A DNA stretch of 64,000 bases from Candidatus Multivorans sp. (GTDB lineage: Bacteria; Acidobacteriota; Thermoanaerobaculia; Multivoradales; Multivoraceae), in NCBI GenBank assembly GCA_965247095.1, contig OZ251997.1, positions 2,688,001 through 2,752,000 of the forward strand, written 5' to 3'. Shown one piece after another: positions 46,193 to 55,460 of this stretch; positions within the stretch are counted from its first letter, which is position 1, and each line of letters opens with the position of its first letter. The translations under genes and the position numbers were made by a program. Below the pieces are notes generated by a model, which saw only the letters and a list, made by a program, of their open reading frames with translations, ran no database searches and was not told the DNA's origin.

Positions 46193-47833
46193 GTGAAGGT
46201 AGCCCAAGGAGTCGCCGAGTACCTCAAGCGGGAGGGTGTGGAGTTCATCCTCGCCTATCCCGTCAACCCGATCGTCGAGGCGGCGGCGGTGGCCGACATC
46301 CGTACGGTGATCGTCCGCCAGGAGCGGATCGGCCTGCACATGGCCGATGCGGTCAGCCGGCTCAGTTCCGGCCGGCAGCTCGGCGTCTTCGTGATGCAGA
46401 GCGGCCCCGGCACCGAGAACGCCTTCGGCGGCGTGGCCCAGGCCTTCGGCGAGTCGGCGCCGATCCTGGTGATGCCCATGGGCTACAGCCGGCGCGCCGC
46501 CCACGTGACGCCGAACTTCAACGCGGTGATGAACTTCCAGCATGTGACGAAGTGGTGCGAGCCGCTGACCATGGGCAAGGCGCTGCCGGAGGTGATGCGG
46601 CGCGCGTTCGCCCAACTGCGCTCCGGCCGTCCCGGCCCGGTGCTGATCGAGGTGCCTCAGGACGTCTTCGGCGAGGACGTGCCCGAGGACTTGCAACACC
46701 GCCCGAGCCAGCCGGTACGTGTCGGCCCCGATCCGGAGCTGATTCGGAAGGCCGCGGAGATGCTGGCGTCGGCGGAGCGGCCGGTGATTTATGCCGGCCA
46801 GGGCGTTCACTACGCCGAGGCCTGGGACGAGCTGCGGCGCGTGGCGGAACTCCTGAACGCGCCGGTGACCACCAGTCTCGGCGGCAAGAGTTCCTTCAAC
46901 GAGGATCATCCCCTGTCGCTCGGGTCCGGCGGAAGGGCCGTGCCGGAGACGGTCCACGAGTTCCTGAGCGCGGCCGACGTGATCTTCGGCATCGGCTGCA
47001 GCTTCACCACCACCGCCTTCGGGCTGTACATGAGGAAGTACGCGCAGGCGAAGATCCTGCACGCGACGCTGGACCCGGTCGACCTGAACAAGGAGATCGC
47101 GGCGGATTGCGCGGTCGCGGGCGACGCGAAGCTGACCCTGGCCGCCCTGATCGAGGAGCTGGAAGGGCAGTCGCTGCTGCAGGCGGCGGCGCGGGCTGAA
47201 ACCGTGCCGGCTGAGATCCACTCGATCCGGGCCGGCTGGCTCGACGAGTGGATGCCGAAGCTGACCTCCGACTCGGCGCCCCTGTCGCCGTACCGCGTGC
47301 TCTGGGATCTGATGCACACCGTCGACCGCGACAACGTGATCATCACCCACGACGCCGGGTCGCCGCGCGATCAGCTTTCGCCCTTCTGGCGCAGCACGAC
47401 GCCGCTTTCCTACATCGGCTGGGGCAAGACGACCCAGCTCGGCTACGGCCTCGGCCTGGCAATGGGCGCGAAGCTCGCCCAGCCGGACAAGCTCTGCATC
47501 AACGTCTGGGGCGACGCCGCGATCGGCTTCACGGGCATGGACTTCGAGACCGCGGTGCGGGAACGCCTGCCGATCCTGTCCATCCTGATGAACAACTTCT
47601 CGATGGCGATCGAACTGCCGATCATGAAGGTGGCGACCGAGAAGTACCGGAGCACCGACATCTCCGGCCACTACGCGGACATGGCCAAGGCCTTCGGCGG
47701 CTACGGCGAGCGGGTGACCGAGCCTTCGGAGATCGTGCCGGCGATTCGCCGCGGCATCGAAGCGACCGAGTCCGGCACCCCGGCGCTGCTCGAGTTCATC
47801 ACCGAGAAAGAGATCGGCATCTCCAGCTATTGA
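46193..47833 (+). CDS. Thiamine-diphosphate-dependent enzyme (acetolactate synthase-like superfamily)
   Basis: RQER...HMADA, GPG.EN, GRPGPV.IEVP.D, GDAA...NN ThDP motif. Confidence 0.9.
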   Translation: MKVAQGVAEYLKREGVEFILAYPVNPIVEAAAVADIRTVIVRQERIGLHMADAVSRLSSGRQLGVFVMQSGPGTENAFGGVAQAFGESAPILVMPMGYSRRAAHVTPNFNAVMNFQHVTKWCEPLTMGKALPEVMRRAFAQLRSGRPGPVLIEVPQDVFGEDVPEDLQHRPSQPVRVGPDPELIRKAAEMLASAERPVIYAGQGVHYAEAWDELRRVAELLNAPVTTSLGGKSSFNEDHPLSLGSGGRAVPETVHEFLSAADVIFGIGCSFTTTAFGLYMRKYAQAKILHATLDPVDLNKEIAADCAVAGDAKLTLAALIEELEGQSLLQAAARAETVPAEIHSIRAGWLDEWMPKLTSDSAPLSPYRVLWDLMHTVDRDNVIITHDAGSPRDQLSPFWRSTTPLSYIGWGKTTQLGYGLGLAMGAKLAQPDKLCINVWGDAAIGFTGMDFETAVRERLPILSILMNNFSMAIELPIMKVATEKYRSTDISGHYADMAKAFGGYGERVTEPSEIVPAIRRGIEATESGTPALLEFITEKEIGISSY

Positions 47834-47873
47834 TGGAGCTGGTGAGCCGACCCGCAGATCGATGCTAGGGAGG

Positions 47874-48947
47874 ATGAACGTGCCTCCACACCAACCTATT
47901 CAACGCAAGTGGGTTCACAGGTTGCTTGACTGGGAGCTCCTGGAAGGCCGATGCGTGAGGTTTCCGACGATAGGTCGGACATTTCCATTGACGCTTCTGA
48001 GGAAGTACGAAGAGCGTGAGCCGTACTTTTCTCACTACATGTCTTGGCGGCTCGGCACCTTTCAGAATGAGGCTCCCTTCGAAAGACTGGACGATCTGCT
48101 GCGGCTTGCCGAGTCACTGCCCAACTGGAAGCAGGAGAGGAAGTCTCTGGTCGGATCGGCTGATTACTCGGAGTTCTGGTCGCTGGTCTGGCAACTGCAG
48201 GTGGCCGAGCATCTCAGCAGCGTGGGTTCAGAGGTGGCCTGGGCGAGCCCAAAGGCCGCGAGTCCGGATCTGTCGGCATTGGTCGACGGCCAGCGTTGCT
48301 TCGTAGAGTGCTACGCGCCGCGCAAGTCATTTGGTCTGTTGAGCTTCATCGAACACCTCGTCTCGCTTGTCGACCGCAACATTCGTGTCTCGTACGACCG
48401 TTGCCTGCCCTTCCGCCTCGCAGGGAACTCTAGCGAGACAGCTTTCGTCGACCAAGTTCTGAAACGGTGTCTGGCCTCGGATCGTCTCGCCCAGGCCAGG
48501 CGGGAGGCAGAGACGCAGTATCCGGTGGTGCTCTTCAAGGATGAGGACAGCTCCCTCTACGTCTACCTGGAAGGCGAGAATGCCGATGCCTATATGCCAG
48601 GGATTGTGCCGAATCAGACGGGATCTCCAGAGCATTACTTGGAACTCGTGCTGAGGGAGGCGCTAGAGGCGAAGCGGTGCGCGAACGGTCTGAAGGAACA
48701 CCGGCCGAATCTCTTGGCCGTGAACTACCTCCTCAGCACCGACTTTCAGCTCGCGGAAGCACTGAGAGGCTTGCCGGCGGCGCAGATCGACGCCGAAGTC
48801 GGCGCGAGTATCGATGCTCTTGCGGTATCGACAGTCGGAATCGACGACCGCCTGAGCAAGGAGGGGCTGAAGGTAGTCAGCGACTCAAGGGCAGTGAATG
48901 TCGCAGTGAAACGAATCGCAACGCGAGTGTCGGGAAAAGGCGCATGA
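47874..48947 (+). CDS. Hypothetical protein, possible PD-(D/E)xK fold
   Basis: Long ORF with atypical codon usage; SPDL...FVECY motif; GGAGG upstream. Confidence 0.6.
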   Translation: MNVPPHQPIQRKWVHRLLDWELLEGRCVRFPTIGRTFPLTLLRKYEEREPYFSHYMSWRLGTFQNEAPFERLDDLLRLAESLPNWKQERKSLVGSADYSEFWSLVWQLQVAEHLSSVGSEVAWASPKAASPDLSALVDGQRCFVECYAPRKSFGLLSFIEHLVSLVDRNIRVSYDRCLPFRLAGNSSETAFVDQVLKRCLASDRLAQARREAETQYPVVLFKDEDSSLYVYLEGENADAYMPGIVPNQTGSPEHYLELVLREALEAKRCANGLKEHRPNLLAVNYLLSTDFQLAEALRGLPAAQIDAEVGASIDALAVSTVGIDDRLSKEGLKVVSDSRAVNVAVKRIATRVSGKGA

Positions 48948-48992
48948 CACCAGCGCCACATCGAGAAGGTACGGTTCCGGTGCGATCGGTCG

Positions 48993-50033
48993 TCATCCTC
49001 GACGTAGAGTCGAGTACTCACGCAGGCGCGTGTGAGCCACCAGTTGGCGCATGTTCTGGAGCGTGAAGACCTTTCCCCGCGCGGCGATGATGAGCTTCTT
49101 CATGTCTTCTCGCCGAATGCCGAAGCCGCGGCCCGCGATACAGGCGACGACCTGAAACTTGGGGTTGTCGGCAGGCCGGTCCCGCAGACTCAGTTCGCTC
49201 AGGTGTTGGACTCGGGTGATCTTGTCTCGGGCGGTTCCGTCGTCCTCGCTGAGCTTGGCCTCGATGACGACCTGGGGGTTCAGCTCGCTCGGAACGATGA
49301 AGTCCGGCGCTTGGTCGAAGCCGGGGATTCTCTCGGCCCGACCGGTTTTCCGAAAGGTGATGTCGGCCCGCGCCAGTGCTGCCTCGATCGCGTTCTCGAC
49401 GAGGTTACCGACGATCTCGCTCACAGAGTCGCGGTGGGCCGCGAACGGTCTTCCAAGAAACCGCTCGCAGAGGAGCACGGAGTAGGGCGCTCCCAGGCTC
49501 GCGATCGTGCGGAGGCTGTCCAGGCCGGCGGTCGTGTCGGCTTTGTCGAGCCGATGAAGTCGGTCGGCGGGCACGTTCGGCGCTCCTCGAGCCAGGTGTT
49601 CGCACGCGACGGTGACCAGCGCTCTTACCCGTTGTTCGGTAACGCCGCCGTTCCGTGGCAACGGCCGTTCAGGATCGGTCCTGATTCCGCGGTCCAAGGC
49701 CCTCGCGGCTCCTTGTGGAACCTCGATGCCCGTGTAGCGCGTGGCGAGGTACGCCCATTCCGGCGGCGTGAAGCCCAACATGCAGCGAAGGACGATCAAG
49801 GAGATCGGTTCGTCGAGGACCGCCTCTGCTACCTCCACCGGCCTGAAGGCCCGAAAGCCCGAAGTGACCCGCTTGAGCCGCTCGTAGGCGGCGTCGAACG
49901 TCGGGAAGTCAACGAAGCCCTCTCCTCGGGGCATCACGAGGAACTCCGACTCGAGAGCCCCGAACACGGCGTCAACGAAGCGGTCGAGGTTCGTCTCGAC
50001 CTCGTGGAAGGCGACTTCAAAAGGGAATGGCAA
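48993..50033 (-). CDS. Putative restriction endonuclease (PD-(D/E)xK)
   Basis: QAPDFIVP...VVIEAK catalytic motif followed by DDGTARDK; overlaps the methylase 3' end. Confidence 0.75.
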   Translation of the reverse strand: MPFPFEVAFHEVETNLDRFVDAVFGALESEFLVMPRGEGFVDFPTFDAAYERLKRVTSGFRAFRPVEVAEAVLDEPISLIVLRCMLGFTPPEWAYLATRYTGIEVPQGAARALDRGIRTDPERPLPRNGGVTEQRVRALVTVACEHLARGAPNVPADRLHRLDKADTTAGLDSLRTIASLGAPYSVLLCERFLGRPFAAHRDSVSEIVGNLVENAIEAALARADITFRKTGRAERIPGFDQAPDFIVPSELNPQVVIEAKLSEDDGTARDKITRVQHLSELSLRDRPADNPKFQVVACIAGRGFGIRREDMKKLIIAARGKVFTLQNMRQLVAHTRLREYSTLRRG

Positions 50034-52206
50034 CTTGTTTTTCCTCAGAGGCAGCCTTGCCGGGAGGCTGGCTCGCCGGCTGCTTCGGTAAGGGTGCTTC
50101 CGCGAGGCGTCGAGCCAAGTCGTCCGGGCTACCGAACCGGGTGAGTGCCTCGTTGAGCAGCCCTAGGCGTTGCTCCGTCGGCAGCGACTTGTCCCACCGG
50201 GCGTGCAGCTCGTTGACCGCGAGGCGGGTCAGGTGGCCGAGGAGCATGCATCGGATGTCGCCGTAGGTAGCCTTCCAGCCAGCCGCCCGAAGCTGGGACC
50301 GGTCCTTGGCGACAAGGGCCGATGGCTCTTCCTGCGAGTCGGGGAACTCATGCGAAAGCTCGGCGTCGGGAGACCTGCAAACAAACACAGTGTCGACGAT
50401 GGATGACGCCGTGCCGTGAATGTGTATCGAGCCGCTCATTTCCGCTGGGCACGGAAGCGCCGTGGTGCAAAGGAAGCCAGCGTCGAGAACCGCGACGCCT
50501 ACGGCACAGTAGGCCTCGACTCGATTGTGGTGGAACGTGAAAGCCAGGGGTGCGCCTGGCTTCAGCGCATCGGCTGCTCGGGTCCAGGCGGCAGACAGAC
50601 CTTCCGCGAAATGGGACAGCCCCCTGGCCTCGGTCGCATTGCCCGTCAGCTCTCGGCTCGAGCGTGTGGAGGTGCGGTTGAAGCCCTGGTGGTCAGTGGC
50701 GGCAAGGCGCTGTAACCAGGCGAAGCAGTAGTCCATGAGTTCTGCGTACTGCACGTTGCCGAAGTACGGTGGGTCCGTCAGCACCGCGTCCAGAGTGTCG
50801 GGCTCGAAATGGGTGGAGGTGGCGTCCGCGCGGCGCAATCGCACGACCCGGCGGCGGCCGTTGGCTTCCGCGCCGATGCGCTCGCCCTGGATGGGAACGC
50901 GACGCCGACGCGACCCAACCTGTTTCACCTCGAAAGGCGCCTCGCAGAATCGCTTCGCCTCCAGATACTTGCTGGTGATGTTCGACCAGCCTCCGGAGCC
51001 CACGTTTCCGCCGTTCGATCTCGGAATCCCGAGAAGGTTCGGCTCGCACTGCACCAGCCCCACCGGAAATCCATGGACCGAGAAGACATCCAGCGCCTTC
51101 AGGCTCTTGGAGTCGTAGCGACAGAGCATGTTCTGGTAGCGCAGGAGGTCGGACAAGTTGGTTGCGAGGGCTTGCCGGATCCGAGAATCCGGCACATCGG
51201 CAATCAGTCTGCAGCTCAACTCCAATCCGAGCAGTTGCCGCGAATTCGACATCTCTCGGTAGCGGCCGTAGCCCCAGCGTCGTAGCCGGTTGCTCTCGTC
51301 GCCGGCGGGAATCTCGGCATCCGGTACGTAGCGCGGTGTCAGTCCGCGCCAGTCTTCGGATGCAGCACGAACATGCTCCAGATCCTCGGCGTCGGGTTTC
51401 TTGAAGAACCGCCCCTTGTGGTGGGGCCGGTGCCTTGGATTGTGGTACTCGATCGCGAACAGCCGGTGAGCCGGTGGCCCCGAGGGCCTGTCCGGATAGG
51501 TGTTCGAGTGGCCACACCTCGGGCAATCGCAGCGGCCACGGCCTGCCGGTCCCGCGACACGGAGTTCCGCGGAGCAGGACGTACAGTCGCCGGGCCTCGC
51601 CAAGTCGGCGGCGTCGTTGAGGTCGCCGCACTCGGGACAGATCAGAACGTTGGTCGGGTGACGACTGTCCCTGGCCAGAACGAAGCCGGGAAACAGATCG
51701 ATCGAGTGGTCGCAGCCCCGACACGTCAGCGTCTTCACCCAGAGGAAGCTCTTGACCGGAACCTCTGAGTCTCCGTAGAGAGGACATCCGGTGCGGTAGT
51801 ACTTACCGATGCGTGCGTCGAGGGTGCTCCTCAGCGTGTGGGCAGCCTGTTGGTAGGCCATGAGATCGATGGAGGCGATCTCCTCCCGGACAATCCACGC
51901 CGCCATCGGATTGATGTCAAGTCCCTCGATGTCGCAGCCGATGCGATTGGCTTCGATGAGGGGAATGCCGCCGCCCATGAACGGGTCAGCGACACGGAGT
52001 CCCGGAAGATCGTGAGAACGATAGAAGGACTCGCGCAAAGGTCCGTCAACAAACTCGGAGAGCAGGAGGCCTCGGAAGAGGGTGCCGGGCCGGCGAGCGA
52101 ACCACTTGTGTACGGCGATGATCGGCCGATAGACCTGCTGGATCTGCTTCTCACGCAGAGCCATTTCGGCGACCAGAGGCACATCGAATTGGCGCTCGAT
52201 ACTCAT
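50017..52206 (-). CDS. DUF1156-like adenine DNA methyltransferase with Zn ribbons
   Basis: HKWFARRP, DPFMGGG (motif I), TDPPYFGNVQYAEL (motif IV), several CxxC pairs. Confidence 0.88.
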   Translation of the reverse strand: MSIERQFDVPLVAEMALREKQIQQVYRPIIAVHKWFARRPGTLFRGLLLSEFVDGPLRESFYRSHDLPGLRVADPFMGGGIPLIEANRIGCDIEGLDINPMAAWIVREEIASIDLMAYQQAAHTLRSTLDARIGKYYRTGCPLYGDSEVPVKSFLWVKTLTCRGCDHSIDLFPGFVLARDSRHPTNVLICPECGDLNDAADLARPGDCTSCSAELRVAGPAGRGRCDCPRCGHSNTYPDRPSGPPAHRLFAIEYHNPRHRPHHKGRFFKKPDAEDLEHVRAASEDWRGLTPRYVPDAEIPAGDESNRLRRWGYGRYREMSNSRQLLGLELSCRLIADVPDSRIRQALATNLSDLLRYQNMLCRYDSKSLKALDVFSVHGFPVGLVQCEPNLLGIPRSNGGNVGSGGWSNITSKYLEAKRFCEAPFEVKQVGSRRRRVPIQGERIGAEANGRRRVVRLRRADATSTHFEPDTLDAVLTDPPYFGNVQYAELMDYCFAWLQRLAATDHQGFNRTSTRSSRELTGNATEARGLSHFAEGLSAAWTRAADALKPGAPLAFTFHHNRVEAYCAVGVAVLDAGFLCTTALPCPAEMSGSIHIHGTASSIVDTVFVCRSPDAELSHEFPDSQEEPSALVAKDRSQLRAAGWKATYGDIRCMLLGHLTRLAVNELHARWDKSLPTEQRLGLLNEALTRFGSPDDLARRLAEAPLPKQPASQPPGKAASEEKQVAIPF

Positions 52207-53624
52207 GGTCTACACGGCGACGGCGGCGACAGCAGCGACGGCATGGCCGGCCCCTTGCGGGCCACTGCCGAGTCGATTGCCTTCGGCAGCACCGTGACGA
52301 TCTTCTCGATCTCCTCGTCGCCCAGGATGAAGGGCGGGCCGAGACAGATGACGTCGCGCGCCGGATCGTTGCCGCCGGGATAGAAGAAGACGTCCATCGA
52401 CAGCCCGGCCGCCATCACGGCGTTGACCATCGCGACTTCGGCCGGGAACGGCTCGAGGGTCTCGCGGTCCCGGACCAGTTCGATGCCGTAGAGCAGGCCG
52501 CGACCGCGGATCTCCGCGACGTGCGGATGCTCGCCGAGGGCCTCGTGCAGCCGCTCGCCGAGGACCGCGCCGACGGTCGCGGCGCGCTCGACGAGCTCCT
52601 CCTCCTCCAGGATGCGGAGCACCTCGTTCGCCGCGGCGCAGGCCGGCGAGTGGGCGCCGTAGGTGAAGAACATGACGGAGTCGCCCGCGTCCGCGATCGG
52701 CGCTGTGACCTCTTCCCGTGCGGCGATGGCGACCAGGGGTGCGTAGCCGCCGGTCAGCCCCTTGCCGCCGACCAGGATGTCCGGAACCAGGTCCCAGTGG
52801 TCGACGCCGAACTTCCGGCCGGTGCGGCCGAAGCCGGTCATCACCTCGTCGGCGATCAGGAGAATGCCGTGCCGCCGGCAGATCTGCGCGATCCGGTCGA
52901 GATAGCCGTCCGGCGGAACCAGCGCGCCGGCATTCGATCCCACGATCGGCTCGATGACGAAGGCCGCGATCTCTTCCGGGCCGATCTGTTCGAACACCCG
53001 CTCGACTTCGTCGGCGCAGGCGATCTCGCACGAGGGGAACGTCTTGCCCATGGGACAGCGCAGGCAGTAGTGCGCGGGCGGCCGTGGCTGGTTGGTCTGC
53101 TCGTCGATCAGCCAGGGTTCGAAACCGGCCCGGCGCGCCCTGTGGCCGCCCACCGCCAGCGAGGCCATCGTGGCGCCGTGGTACGAGAGTTCACGTCCCA
53201 GTACCCGCCAGCGCTCGGGGCGTCCCGCCGACAGGTGATGCTGACGGGCGAAGCGGATCGCCAGGTCCATCGCCTCGGAACCGCCGCTGGCGAACAGGAC
53301 CCGCTTGATGTCGCCGGGCAGCCAGCGGGTCCGCAGGCGGTGGACCAGCTCGGCGCGCGCCGGGGTCACGAACGGAGGCACGACGTAGTCCGTCTGCGCG
53401 GCGGCGCGGGCGTAGGCCTCCGCGACTTCGCGCCGTCCGTGCCCGATGTTCGAGACGATCGCGCCGCCGGCCGCGTCGAGAATGCGGCGGCCACAGGAAG
53501 TGATCAGGTAGCAGCCCTCCGTCGCCGCCACCTCCAGCGGCGCCTTGCCCTGAGCCAGGAATGGATAGTCGTTGGCGTGCGGCAGCGGCGCCCCTTCGCC
53601 GGAGCGTAGATCGACCGTGTTCAT
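52203..53624 (-). CDS. Class III PLP aminotransferase
   Basis: SGGSEA, SYHG.T, EPIVG, DEVMTGFGRTG, GKGL.GGY, RGRGL. Confidence 0.93.
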   Translation of the reverse strand: MNTVDLRSGEGAPLPHANDYPFLAQGKAPLEVAATEGCYLITSCGRRILDAAGGAIVSNIGHGRREVAEAYARAAAQTDYVVPPFVTPARAELVHRLRTRWLPGDIKRVLFASGGSEAMDLAIRFARQHHLSAGRPERWRVLGRELSYHGATMASLAVGGHRARRAGFEPWLIDEQTNQPRPPAHYCLRCPMGKTFPSCEIACADEVERVFEQIGPEEIAAFVIEPIVGSNAGALVPPDGYLDRIAQICRRHGILLIADEVMTGFGRTGRKFGVDHWDLVPDILVGGKGLTGGYAPLVAIAAREEVTAPIADAGDSVMFFTYGAHSPACAAANEVLRILEEEELVERAATVGAVLGERLHEALGEHPHVAEIRGRGLLYGIELVRDRETLEPFPAEVAMVNAVMAAGLSMDVFFYPGGNDPARDVICLGPPFILGDEEIEKIVTVLPKAIDSAVARKGPAMPSLLSPPSPCRP

Positions 53625-53686
53625 GTCCTGAGACTAGCGCCTCCAAACGCCTCGCAGGCTCGGAGTTTGGTCCCAGCCCCCACCTC

Positions 53687-53745
53687 ACAAGGACGCTGCG
53701 TCAGCAGAACTTACTTCGTTGCGTTCTGCGACGCAGCCTCCTTGT
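53687..53745. repeat. Long imperfect inverted repeat in a divergent intergenic region
   Basis: ACAAGGACGCTGCGTCAGCAGAAC / GTTCTGCGACGCAGCCTCCTTGT: 22 paired bases, 1 mismatch, 1 bulge, 12-nt loop. Confidence 0.75.
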
Positions 53746-53788
53746 AGACTGCCGGCCGTTGCCGGGACTTCTTCGGCAGCCGCAAGCC

Positions 53789-54382
53789 ATGAATGGGATC
53801 CACGACATGGGCGGGATGCACGGCTTCGGCGCCGTGGATCGCCGCCCGGACGAGGCTCTGTTCCCCGAGGCCTGGCAGGGCCGGGTCTGCGCGCTGGCGG
53901 GTTACGCGACGAGCGCCGGACTCGCGAACATCGACGCGTTCCGCCATGCGATCGAGCGGATGCCGGCGGACCGCTACCTCTCCGACGGGTACTACGGGCG
54001 CTGGCTCTACGCGCTGGAAACCCTGGCTCACGAGCGCCTGGCCGATGGCCGGCAGCCGGCGCCGCCCGAGCACGAAGGTTCGGTGGTGAGGGAGGTCGAC
54101 CACGAGCCGATCTACGCGGTCGGCGATGCCGTTCGCACCTGGAACCGGCACCCCGAGGGCCATACGCGCTTGCCGGGCTACGCGCGGAACCGTCGCGGCG
54201 TGGTCGCCGACGTGCATCCGGCGTGTGTCTATCCCGACACGAACGCCGACGGGCGCGGCGAGTCGCCGCAGCACCTCTACACCGTCGGCTTCTCCGGCCC
54301 CGAACTCTGGGGCGAGGAGGCGGAAGCCGGCGCCACGGTCTACATCGACCTGTTCGAGCCGTACCTGGAGGCGATGCCGTGA
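53789..54382 (+). CDS. nthB: Nitrile hydratase subunit beta
   Basis: MNGIHDMGGMHGFG, FRHAIERM, YY.RW, GHTRLP.Y.R, YTV.F...ELWG, DLFEPYLE. Confidence 0.95.
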   Translation: MNGIHDMGGMHGFGAVDRRPDEALFPEAWQGRVCALAGYATSAGLANIDAFRHAIERMPADRYLSDGYYGRWLYALETLAHERLADGRQPAPPEHEGSVVREVDHEPIYAVGDAVRTWNRHPEGHTRLPGYARNRRGVVADVHPACVYPDTNADGRGESPQHLYTVGFSGPELWGEEAEAGATVYIDLFEPYLEAMP

Positions 54383-55032
54383 CGACCGAAACCGCGAGTC
54401 CCAAACCCGGTTGGCGCGCTCCCGCGCCAACCGCGACCCAGTCCGCGCCCCCGTCATCGGGGGCGCGGATGGCACTCCGCACCGAGGCGCTAGAGGCTCT
54501 GCTGGTGGAGAAGGGCCTGGTCGAATCCGCCGCGGTCGACGCCGTGGTCGAGCGCTACGAGCAGGACATCGGGCCGCTGCGCGGCGCCCAGGCCGTGGCG
54601 CGCGCCTGGACCGACCCGGCCTTCAAGGAGCGCTTGCTCGATGACGGTATGCCGGCGGTCCGCGAGTTGGGCTTCGGCGACAAGATGGACGGTCACGTCG
54701 CCCGCCTCGTGGTCAAGGAGAACACGGAGTCCGTCCACAACCTGGTCGTCTGCACGTTGTGTTCCTGCTACCCGTGGGCGGTGCTCGGGCTGCCGCCGGC
54801 CTGGTACAAGTCGCCGGCGTACCGTTCGCGGGCGGTGCGCGAACCCCGCCGGCTGCTCTCGGAGCTGGGCCTCGATCTGCCGCCCGAGGTCGAGCTGCGG
54901 GTCTGGGACTCGAGCGCGGAGGTGCGCTACCTGGTCCTGCCGCAGCGGCCGCCGGCGAGCGACGGCCTCAAGCCGGACGAGCTGGCCGCCCTGGTCACCC
55001 GCGACGCGATGATCGGCGTCGAGCGTCTGTGA
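54379..55032 (+). CDS. nthA: Nitrile hydratase subunit alpha (cobalt type)
   Basis: VCTLCSCYPW (Co-type Thr/Tyr), LGLPP.WYKS..YRSR.V.EPR, VWDS.AE.RY. Confidence 0.96.
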   Translation: MTTETASPKPGWRAPAPTATQSAPPSSGARMALRTEALEALLVEKGLVESAAVDAVVERYEQDIGPLRGAQAVARAWTDPAFKERLLDDGMPAVRELGFGDKMDGHVARLVVKENTESVHNLVVCTLCSCYPWAVLGLPPAWYKSPAYRSRAVREPRRLLSELGLDLPPEVELRVWDSSAEVRYLVLPQRPPASDGLKPDELAALVTRDAMIGVERL

Positions 55033-55460
55033 ACCTCTCGGTCCGGCTGGACGAGGACGGCGCTGCCGCGCCGCCACGCGAGAACGGAGAGCTGGCCTTC
55101 AGCGCGCCCTGGGAAAGCCGGTTGTTCGGCCTGACGATGACCCTCGTCGAAGCCGGCCGCCTCGACTGGGAGGCGTTCCGCCAGCGTCTGATCGCGCGGA
55201 TAGCCGCGTGGGAGAAGCAGGCAGCCGGGGAGTCCTGGAACTACTGGCAGCGATGGCGGGAGGCCTTCGAGGACTCCCTCGAAGCCGCGGGACTCGTCGC
55301 CGCGCCGGAGATCGACGGCCTGACCCGCCGGCTCGCGGCGCGGCCGCACGGTCACGATCATCACCACGACCACCACGACCACCACGACCACTTGCACGAA
55401 CACGGCGGCCACGGGCGTCCCGGGGATTCCCCGCCCGCCGCCACGGAGATCGACCGATGA
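55029..55460 (+). CDS. Nitrile hydratase accessory protein with His-rich tail
   Basis: PPRENGEL.F.APWESR.FG, W..FR..LI, Y...W; C-terminal HGHDHHHDHHDHHDH. Confidence 0.9.
   Translation: MNLSVRLDEDGAAAPPRENGELAFSAPWESRLFGLTMTLVEAGRLDWEAFRQRLIARIAAWEKQAAGESWNYWQRWREAFEDSLEAAGLVAAPEIDGLTRRLAARPHGHDHHHDHHDHHDHLHEHGGHGRPGDSPPAATEIDR

Noticed and set aside
46193-53624. Idea that the ThDP enzyme and class III aminotransferase flanking the island form a taurine catabolic pair (Xsc/Tpa)
   Set aside because: They are convergent and I cannot see subfamily-specific motifs; substrate cannot be assigned without phylogeny
55348-55400. CACCACGAC short tandem repeat
   Set aside because: Encodes the His/Asp tail of the NHase accessory protein; not a CRISPR or independent repeat
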